Virus record (IMG/VR): IMGVR_UViG_3300034063_000636
Span: 44,215-108,214 of that record
Length of the DNA stretch: 64,000 nucleotides
Direction: 5' to 3' (one strand)
From: a virus
The position numbers were made by a program, and so were the translations under genes. Positions 19,776 through 29,200 of this stretch are shown here, one piece after another. Numbering within the stretch: the stretch's first letter is position 1; each line of letters starts with the position of its first letter. The notes under the pieces are model-generated. The model did no database searches. It was not told the DNA's origin and worked only from the letters and a program-made list of their open reading frames with translations.

Positions 19776-20366
19776 ATGCCATCATTCACAAAGTACATAA
19801 AACCACTTCCTCAGTTTTGTATTGTTGATAATTATTTCACTGAAGAAGAAGTCGATAAAATTATTGATCTTGAAGAATTGCAAGAATTCAGTGAGGGTAA
19901 GATGGGAACTGGTCCATCAACAACCACTAATAAACAATATCGCGACAGTGACATTTCTTGGTTGAAATGGAGCCCAGATTCTAGATGGATATTTGATAAA
20001 TTTGGTTCATTGATGGGTCAAGTAAACCACTCTCACTTCATGTATGATATTGATGGTTTTGATGCGTTTCAATACACCAAGTATAAACCAAAGCAACATT
20101 ATAATTGGCACTTTGATGCCTTCACAGAATTTCATGGCTTCGAACGAAAGATTAGTGCAGTGGTAATTTTATCAGACCCCAAAAAATATTCTGGTGGAGA
20201 ATTTCAAATTGTTGCGGATGGAAATATAGAAAAACCGCACTCAATAAAACCACCAAAAGGTTCTGTAATATTCTTTGCTTCTTGGATGCCGCATAGAGTT
20301 GCGCCAGTTAAATCTGGAGTTCGTAAATCTTTGGTTGCTTGGATTATGGGTAAAAGAGTATGCTAA
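19776..20366 (+). CDS. 2OG-Fe(II) oxygenase, prolyl-4-hydroxylase-like
   Basis: HYNWHFD (HxD), RKIS.V..LSDP..Y.GGEF and MPHRVAPVKSGVRKSLVAW (distal His, 2OG-binding Arg). Confidence 0.88.
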   Translation: MPSFTKYIKPLPQFCIVDNYFTEEEVDKIIDLEELQEFSEGKMGTGPSTTTNKQYRDSDISWLKWSPDSRWIFDKFGSLMGQVNHSHFMYDIDGFDAFQYTKYKPKQHYNWHFDAFTEFHGFERKISAVVILSDPKKYSGGEFQIVADGNIEKPHSIKPPKGSVIFFASWMPHRVAPVKSGVRKSLVAWIMGKRVC

Positions 20367-21088
20367 ACAAATTGATTCGTGTTTTTAAAAATGATGTGAT
20401 TGAATTTTACTGTCACCCAAAGTTTGAGAATGTCATTCCTGAACCAAAGCCAGCAATCAAATATTTGCCTGAGTGGTTTAGAATTATTCCTCCAGTTTCA
20501 AAGACTCGGAGAGATGAATACAATGACTTTGCGATGAATGCTAAAAAGTGTTTCCCAATGATTGATGCAATGTCTTTGGGATATACAATACCATTGTGTG
20601 GTGATATTCATGTCATGGTCAATAACGATATGACAGAAATGAAGTATACAAGCCCACCAGAAATGAAATTGGCAGATAGCCATAACGTTGAACAAATTGG
20701 TGGAGAGTCAGCCCCAGGATTTCCAATCAATCCGATCAAGTTTATCAATTATTGGATTATTAAGACTGCTCCAGGCTGGTCGACATTGTTTATTCCTCCA
20801 ATTAATCATGTTGGAACTCCATTTACTTGTTTGGGTGGATTAGTTGACACTGATAGATATCCAAAGGAAGTTAATTTTCCAGCAATTTGGAATCAGCCTG
20901 GTTTTGATGGATTAATTCGTGCAGGAACTCCTCTGGTGACTGCAATCCCAATTAAGAGAAATTCATTTCCGAAAAAACCAAAAGTCAGAAAAATTAAAGA
21001 TAAAGAATTTAATGAGATTGAATTGATTCGAAAGAAACAAGTGACCAGAAAAAATGTATACACAAATGAATTGAGAGATGAACGATGA
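20360..21088 (+). CDS. Hypothetical protein, possible degenerate dUTPase-like fold
   Basis: KKCFPMIDAMSLGY, GGLVDTDRY and IRAGTPLVTAIP; paralogous to the next gene. Confidence 0.55.
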   Translation: MLNKLIRVFKNDVIEFYCHPKFENVIPEPKPAIKYLPEWFRIIPPVSKTRRDEYNDFAMNAKKCFPMIDAMSLGYTIPLCGDIHVMVNNDMTEMKYTSPPEMKLADSHNVEQIGGESAPGFPINPIKFINYWIIKTAPGWSTLFIPPINHVGTPFTCLGGLVDTDRYPKEVNFPAIWNQPGFDGLIRAGTPLVTAIPIKRNSFPKKPKVRKIKDKEFNEIELIRKKQVTRKNVYTNELRDER

Positions 21089-21903
21089 AATTTTTTGATT
21101 TTTTTAAACCTAAAGAAACATTTAATGATTCGATTGACGATGAGATTAAGGAAATCTCAAACACTTCTGTTGTTCAATCGACTATTGGTAGAAACAAGTT
21201 AGAATTTATCGATTCATCAGAACTCGTATTTGCTAGTTTACCAATTCAATTAGCAAAAGATGTTCCTGTAAACTCGCAAGCACATGTAGAAAAGCTCGGA
21301 AATAAGTTCACATTTCCAGTCTGCCCTGGCATGTTTGACTATTCGCGACTTGGCTACATTGTTCCAGCCTGGTCAGACTATCATTTTAAGATAAATAAAG
21401 CTGGATGTGCTGCATTAGTTGGTGGGGGACAAAAAGCATCTCCATTTAAGCCTCCAGTTCCGATGGCAACTGATGTTGTCGATGGTCTTTTTAAATTAAG
21501 CGACGGAATTCCACTTAAAACATATAATATCAATTCTCCTTGGAAAATATTTTCTTACGACAAAGATATATCAGCATTACTTCTTCCTGCTTGGTATCAT
21601 GCAGACGTAGAGTTTTTAGATAATTTTTATGTTTATCCTGGAGTTGTTGATTATAATACATTTCATACTATGAATGTCATTCTTTCTCCAAAAAGAAAGT
21701 GTGAGTATACGATTAAAGCGGGAGATCCTTTATTACACGTCATTCCGTTTTATAATAAACAAATTGAATGTGGTTATGGACCACCAAACATAGAACAAAA
21801 AAGCATATTATCATACGATCCTAAAATCCACGAAACGCAATTTTATCGAAAGAATCATATGATTAAAAAGAGTTTCGCACTAGAAGAAAGCAATAAAGAA
21901 TGA
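21085..21903 (+). CDS. Hypothetical protein, paralog of 20360..21088
   Basis: CPGMFDYSRLGY, PGVVDYN and IKAGDPLLHVIP align with the motifs of the upstream gene. Confidence 0.55.
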   Translation: MKFFDFFKPKETFNDSIDDEIKEISNTSVVQSTIGRNKLEFIDSSELVFASLPIQLAKDVPVNSQAHVEKLGNKFTFPVCPGMFDYSRLGYIVPAWSDYHFKINKAGCAALVGGGQKASPFKPPVPMATDVVDGLFKLSDGIPLKTYNINSPWKIFSYDKDISALLLPAWYHADVEFLDNFYVYPGVVDYNTFHTMNVILSPKRKCEYTIKAGDPLLHVIPFYNKQIECGYGPPNIEQKSILSYDPKIHETQFYRKNHMIKKSFALEESNKE

Positions 21904-22847
21904 AGATATTTGTAAGCATATGCTCATACAGAGACCCTCTGTTAGTATACACTCTAAAAGCATTAATGCAGACCAAGTCTGCAATTACAGAAGTTGTGTA
22001 CGGCATATTTGAACAAAATGAAAAAGAAAATAGTTTAGAAACTCTATTTCCAGATCTAGTCGCCAGAAGCGATGTAAAATATAAACGAATCGATCCACAA
22101 TACTCGGAAGGTGTTGGTTGGGCTCGAAATATTAATGCTCTCCAGTTAACTGACGAGGATTTTTATTATCAGATCGACTCTCACATGGTTTTCGATAAGA
22201 ATTGGGATCGCGATTTAATTAACGATTATAAAGAAGGCTGTAGAGCGATCGAGTCAAACAGAGTCATTATCAGTTCGAACTGTAAAAATTTCGAGATGGT
22301 CGATGGTAATGTCGTTTTAGAGCATGGCATGGACTATACATGCAGAGCAAGATTCTATCAGTTTAATCCAAATCTTTGGCTTTTTGCTCACGGCGAACAT
22401 ATTCCTCCAACTGAAACCGTGATGCCAGCGATACACATCTTTGCTGGAAATATGTTTACACACTCTGATTGGGTTCGAAATGTCGGAATCAATCCTAGAA
22501 TATTCTTTCATGGAGAGGAGCAAGCGATAACTCTCTCATCGTTTGCTGCAGGATATCGATTTTTCCACGGAAAGAGGATGTCGTGCTATCACTATAAAGG
22601 ATCTAATGAACATACATCAAAGCAGGACTTTAAACCTGTTGTTCCTTTAGAGATCATTGAAGAGAGAAAACGTAGATCAGAAATTGAATTTAGAGCATTT
22701 TTAGACTCTCTCGAGGACGATTTACTCGAGGAATACCGAGTCTACTCTGGCGTGAATTATATAAATAAGAAAATAGAAGAACGTGCCATAACCCGAGTGA
22801 TTAAACCAAGCATCGATATTGACTGGGAAGTAGGCGATTCTGAATAA
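21900..22847 (+). CDS. GlcNAc transferase, Gnt1/GT60-like (Skp1-hydroxyproline GlcNAc transferase family)
   Basis: IFVSICSYRDP, GVGWAR, YYQIDSHMVFDKNWD and FFHGEE match family motifs (IFVSIxSYRD, QIDSHMxF..WD, FxGEE). Confidence 0.85.
   Translation: MKIFVSICSYRDPLLVYTLKALMQTKSAITEVVYGIFEQNEKENSLETLFPDLVARSDVKYKRIDPQYSEGVGWARNINALQLTDEDFYYQIDSHMVFDKNWDRDLINDYKEGCRAIESNRVIISSNCKNFEMVDGNVVLEHGMDYTCRARFYQFNPNLWLFAHGEHIPPTETVMPAIHIFAGNMFTHSDWVRNVGINPRIFFHGEEQAITLSSFAAGYRFFHGKRMSCYHYKGSNEHTSKQDFKPVVPLEIIEERKRRSEIEFRAFLDSLEDDLLEEYRVYSGVNYINKKIEERAITRVIKPSIDIDWEVGDSE
22760..22767 (+). promoter_or_regulatory. Canonical T4 late promoter TATAAATA
   Basis: Exact TATAAATA inside the 3' end of the GT gene, about 105 bp upstream of the next structural gene. 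Confidence 0.6.
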
Positions 22848-22872
22848 AAAACATAGTTCATAGAGAATTTTC

Positions 22873-23205
22873 ATGCCATACGCAGAGTTAACGGTTGATC
22901 AGGGCACAACTTTCGAAACTTCTATAGATTTAGTTGGCGATGATGGCGCTGCGATCAATATCGCAGGGTGCGTTTTCTTGGGTCAAGTTCGCAAATCTTA
23001 TTATTCTTCCAATGTAACTGCAAATCTGACAATTACCACTTTAAGTAATACAGGTGGAAATCTAATCATGTCTTTAAATTCAGCAGTCACTGCAAACATT
23101 AGAGCAGGTCGTTATCTTTATGACGTAAAGATGACTGATACAGATAACATAACAACTCGAGTCGTAGAAGGTATTCTAACTGTGACACCACAGGTGTCCA
23201 GATAA
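22873..23205 (+). CDS. Small virion structural / fibre-attachment beta-sandwich protein
   Basis: DQGTTF...QVRKSY...GRYLYDV...RVVEG..TVTPQVS pattern; coupled to the fibre gene by a TAATG overlap. Confidence 0.7.
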   Translation: MPYAELTVDQGTTFETSIDLVGDDGAAINIAGCVFLGQVRKSYYSSNVTANLTITTLSNTGGNLIMSLNSAVTANIRAGRYLYDVKMTDTDNITTRVVEGILTVTPQVSR

Positions 23206-26200
23206 TGAAGATAACGATTACGAATAATAATCAGATCGGTAAGGTTACTTTCGGCAAAGTGACGAGAGTCGGCGATCTATATGCAAACGATATTCTAGAT
23301 CTTATAAACACAGTCGTTTATAGATCAGGCTCAACGATGACAGGCAACTTAAATGTTGCTGCGACAATTATTACGCAAAACGTAATTCCGTCTGTCAATA
23401 ATACATACAATCTTGGTAGTCCAACTTATCGATACAAAGATGCATACTTTGGTGGTAACACTGTATACATCGGCGACTCTATACTATCAGCACAAGCAAA
23501 CAGTCTTTTAACAAATACATTTATTGCTACAACATCATTTGTTAGTGGTGGCTTAAACGTTCTAGACCAAGCAAATGCTGCATATGCTGAAGCCAACTTA
23601 AAACTCGGTCTTGGTGGCGGTACAATTACAGGAAGTCTTACTGTAACTGGAAACCTCGAAGTTCTCGGTAATACAACAACACTTAATGTTGAAACATTGT
23701 CACTCGAAGACAATGAAATTATTCTCAATTCAAATGTAACTGGTCCACCATTACTTGACTCGTTCATAACGATCAATCGTGGATCAATGACAAATGCTGT
23801 TCTTAAGTGGGATGAAAGCACTGATCAATGGAAGTGGTCGGATGGCAATGGCGTATATTATGCACTAGATTCTTCTTTGGGCGCATATGCTCAAGCCAAC
23901 GGAGCGTATGCACAAGCCAATGGTGCCTATGCTCAAGCAAACGGAGCCTATTCTCAAGCCAATGGTGCATTTGCGCAAGCAAACGGAGCATATGCTCAGG
24001 CTAACGGTGCTTACGCCCAAGCAAACGGAGCGTATGCGCAAGCAAATGCAGCAAGCGATAATGCAAACACGAGAGTTCTAAAAGCTGGCGATACAATGAC
24101 TGGTCAGCTGAACATCAGTTCAGGCGGTCTTGTTGTCACTGGCAATATTGTTACAACTGGTGCAAGTGGCGACATAACTGGCGTCAATACCATTTATGCT
24201 GGAACATTCTCAACAACAGCTGGATTAAATGTTACTGCTCAAGCAGCAAATGCTTACGAGCAAGCCAATAATGCTAGAACAACAGCAAATGGTGCATACT
24301 TACAAGCCAACGGCGCTTATGCACAGGCTAATGGGGCTTACGCTCAGGCAAATGGCGCATACGCTCAGGCAAATGGTGCTTATGCGCAAGCCAATGGTGC
24401 CTATGCACAAGCGAATGGTGTTTATGCTCACGCTAATGGAATTTATGATGTTGCAAACGCTGCATATGCTCAAGCCAATGCAGACTATCAACCTGCTGTA
24501 ACAAGATTTGATGTGACCTCTAGCGGAACATCAGCATACAGATTCGATCAATATGGCTCAATCGTTGACGATCCAACACTTTATGTTCGTGCTGGTGAAA
24601 CTCTTGCATTCAATTTGAATGTAGTTGGGCATCCATTCATGATCCGCCAATCAAATGGTGGAGCAAATTATAATACTGGATTGACTCACGTTGAAACTAC
24701 AGGTGTAATTTCTACAGGGGCGAGTGCACAAGGTAAAACAACAGGTGTTCTTTATTGGAAAGTTCCATTTGAACTTCAAGGCAACACTTACGTTTATCAA
24801 TGTCAAGTGCATTCTGCGATGGTTGGCAATATTGTTATTGAGCCACCATCAACGATCATTTATGCTCAAGCGAATGTTGCATTTGATACTGCCAATGGTG
24901 CGTACTCACAAGCAAATGGTGCATATAGCCAAGCCAATGGCGCTTATGCACAAGCCAACGGTGCGTATGCGCAGGCAAATGGTGCCTATGCTCAAGCCAA
25001 CTCAGCATATGCTCATGCAAACATAGTTTACGCTCAAGCCAACGCAAGTTTTGATCAAGCGAATACTGCTAGAACAACAGCAAATGATGCATATGAGCAA
25101 GCAAACACTGCAAGAAGCACAGCCAACGATTCATATGCTCAAGCGAATACGGCACGTGATACTGGCAACAACGCATATGCTCAAGCAAACACCGCTCGCG
25201 ATACAGCAAATGATTCTTACGCTCAAGCAAACACCGCTAGAGACACTGGTAACAATGCTTATCTGCAAGCCAATACTGCTAGAGACACTGGCAACAACGC
25301 ATATGCTCAGGCGAATACCGCTAGAGATACTGGTAACGATGCATATAGTCAAGCGAACACTGCTCGCAATACTGCTAATGATGCATACTTACAAGCCAAT
25401 AATGCATACGCTGAAGCCAATATAAAACTTAACATCTCTGGTGGATCGATCACTGGTGATTTGATCGTTTCTGGAAATCTAGAAGTTCTAGGAAACAGCA
25501 CAACATTAAATGTTGAAACTCTTGCAATTGAAGACAATGAGATTATTCTCAACTCAAATGTAACTGGATCACCAACACTTGATGGCTTTATTACAATCAA
25601 TCGTGGCAGCAACACAAATGCTTCGATTAAGTGGGATGAAAATACGAATCAGTGGAAGTGGACGGATGGTGATACATTCTTCTATGCATTTGACTCTGCT
25701 TTAGATGCTTATGCTCAAGCAAATACTGCACGTGATCAAGCCAATACCGCTAGAGAAACTGGCAATGATGCCTATGGTCAAGCCAACACTGCAAGAACAA
25801 CAGCAAACGACGCTTACCTTCAAGCCAATACTGCTCGCGACCAGGCAAATACGGCACGTGATACTGGCAACAATGCTTACGCTCAAGCGAATACAGCTCT
25901 TGATACCGCTAATGGTGCATACGCTCAAGCAAATGGCGCCTATGCTCAAGCCAACGGAGCGTATGCACAAGCAAATCTAGCATTTGGTCAAGCCAATGGT
26001 GCATACGCTCAAGCAAATGGTGCTTATGCGCATGCTAATATTGTTTACGCTCAAGCAAATGCTGCATTCAATCAGGCAAATACTGGAAATGACTCTGCAA
26101 ATGCAGCCTATGCACAAGCAAATACTGCACGCGATACTGGCAACAATGCATATGGACAAGCGAACACAGCTCGCACAACTGCCAATGACGCATATGCTCA

Positions 26201-29200
26201 AGCAAATACTGCTCTAGATACGGCAAACGGCGCATATGCCCAAGCAAATGGGGCTTATGCTCACGCAAATATTGTATATGCTCAAGCAAATACGGCTCGT
26301 GATACTGCAAATGCCGCTTATGGTCAAGCAAATGGTGCATTCGATCAAGCGAACGCTGCTTATAATCAAGCAAACACTGCCAGAACAACTGCGAATGACG
26401 CTTATGGTCAGGCAAATAGCGCATTTAATCAAGCGAATGCAGCATATGACAAAGCCAATACTGCTCTAGACACAGCGAATGGAGCATATGCCCAAGCAAA
26501 TGGAGCCTACGCTCACGCTAACATTGTCTACGCTCAAGCCAATAATGCATACGATACAGCCAATCTAAAACTTAATATTGCTGGCGGTACAATTAATGGT
26601 TCATTGAACGTTTCTGGTAATTTAAGCATAACTGGTAATACAACATATTACAATGTGGCAACTTATGCTGTTGATGACCCATTAATTTATCTTGGCGCAA
26701 ATAATATTCTGAATGATATTGTTGATATAGGATTTATTGCCACGAAAAATACCAGCGGCAACTTGAGTCATACTGGGTTTGCTCGCGATGCTGGAGATGC
26801 TACTTGGTATTTGTTTGATAATCTATTAGATTCTGGTCACCAAAATAACATAGTCGACTTCGCAAATACCACACTCGCAACACTTCGCGCAAACATTGCT
26901 GCAAATAGCATACTCTTGATGGGTAATGTTGTTGCGACTCAAGCAAATCTAACACTCGCTCATAATCAAGCCAATACTGCAAATAATACTGCGAATGGTG
27001 CATATTCTCAAGCCAATGGAGCCTATGCTCACGCTAATATAGTTTATGCACAAGCCAATGCTGCATTTAATCAAGCCAACGCTGCTTATGATAAGGCAAA
27101 TGGCGCATTTGATACTGCTAATGGTGCATATTCTCAAGCGAACGGTGCTTATGCCCACGCGAATATTGTTTATGCTCAGGCTAACGCTGCATATGATAAT
27201 GCAAATACCAGAGTTCTAAAATCTGGCGATACAATGACAGGCAATCTCAATGTGAGTGCCTTCATCATTACTAATAATGTTCAGCCAAATTTAAATGTTA
27301 CATACGACCTTGGTTCACCAACCAAGAGATATAAGAATCTTTATCTTTCAAATAATGCACTACATTTGGGTGATGCGGTAATCACATCAAATGGATCAAC
27401 ACTAGTTGTTTCTGGTGTTGAAATTGATGGCAGTGGAAATCTAATCGCTGCGTTTGATTCTTATGACCAAGCAAATACTGCTAGAGATACTGCCAATGCT
27501 GCATACAATCAAGCAAACGGTGCGTTCAATCAGGCGAACGGTGCATATGCGCATGCTAACATAGTATATGCTCAGGCAAATGCTGCTTATGACCAAGCCA
27601 ATACTGCTCGTGGAACTGCTAACGATGCGTATGCTCAAGCAAATACTGCACGTGATACTGGTAACAATGCATATGCTCAAGCCAATACTGCTCGAGACAC
27701 AGCAAACGATGCTTATGGTCAAGCAAATACCGCCAGAACAACCGCGAATGATTCTTATAATCAAGCAAACACAGCGCGCACTACAGCCAATGATGCTTAT
27801 GGTCAGGCAAACACAGCGCGTGGAACTGCGAATGATGCATATGGTCAAGCAAATGCTGCTTATCTCCAAGCCAATAATGCATATGATGAGGCAAATCTAA
27901 AAGTTAATATTTCTGGTGGAACCATTTCTGGTGATTTGGTTGTTTCTGGTAATCTTTCTGTACTCGGAAATAGCACCACACTTAATGTTGAAACTTTAAA
28001 AATTGAAGATAACGAAATTATCCTCAATTCGAATGTTACTGGATCGCCAACTCTTGATAGTTTCATCACAATCAATCGCGGCAGTTCAACAAACGCTGTC
28101 ATTAAGTGGGATGAGAATACTGATCAATGGAAGTGGTCAGACGGCGACACATTCTTCTATGCGTTTGATTCTGCGTTGGATGCTTATGCTCAAGCAAATA
28201 CGGCACGCGCGACCGCCAATGATGCATATGGACAAGCCAACGTTGCTCGTGCGACTGCCAATGACTCGTATTTGCAAGCGAACACTGCTCGCGATACTGC
28301 AAATGCATCTTACGATCAAGCGAATACTGCAAGAACTACTGCCAATGACGCATACGGTCAAGCGAATACAGCTCGTACGACCGCTAACGATTCTTATGCT
28401 CAAGCCAATACTGCAAGAAATACGGCTAACGACTCTTACGCTCAGGCGAATACTGCTCGAACAACAGCTAATGATGCTTATGCTCAGGCGAACACAGCAC
28501 GCACTACTGCGAATGATTCCTATGCGCAGGCAAACACTGCTCGTAATACAGCCAATGATTCTTACGCTCAAGCAAATACCGCTCGCGCTACGGCAAATGA
28601 TGCATACGGACAAGCGAACGCTGCGTATAACACAGCAAATACTGCAAACGCAACGGCAAATCTAGCATATGCTCAAGCCAATTCAAATTACCAACCTGCA
28701 GTCACACGACTCAACGTAACAAACTCTGGCTTCTCTGCATATTTACTTGATCAATATCCTGGCAATAATCCAACTGTATACGTTAGAGGCGGTGAAACAT
28801 TAGCGTTCGATCTAAACGTTTCTGGTCACCCATTCATGATTCGTCAGTCAAGCGGCGGAGCAAATTATAACACTGGATTGACTCACGTTTCTTCAACTGG
28901 TGTTGTTTCTACTGACGGTAGCGCTCAGGGGCAAGTTTCAGGAACATTGTATTGGAAGGTTCCGTATAATATTGTTGGCAACACTTATGTTTATCAGTGT
29001 TCAATTCATGGTGGTATGGTTGGCAACATTGTTATTGAACCATCAGTGATTGTTGCTTATGCTCAAGCGAATGCAGCATTTGATACCGCCAACGGTGCAT
29101 ATGCCCATGCAAATATTGTCTATGCACAAGCAAATGCTGCATACAATGATGCAAACGGCGCATATGCGCAAGCCAACGGTGCTTATGCTCAAGCAAATGG

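Noticed and set aside
21900-22847. GT as a DNA-modifying glucosyltransferase (T4 agt/bgt type)
   Set aside because: Motifs match the GT-A Gnt1/GT60 type and the context is structural rather than replication. Not formally excluded without an assay.
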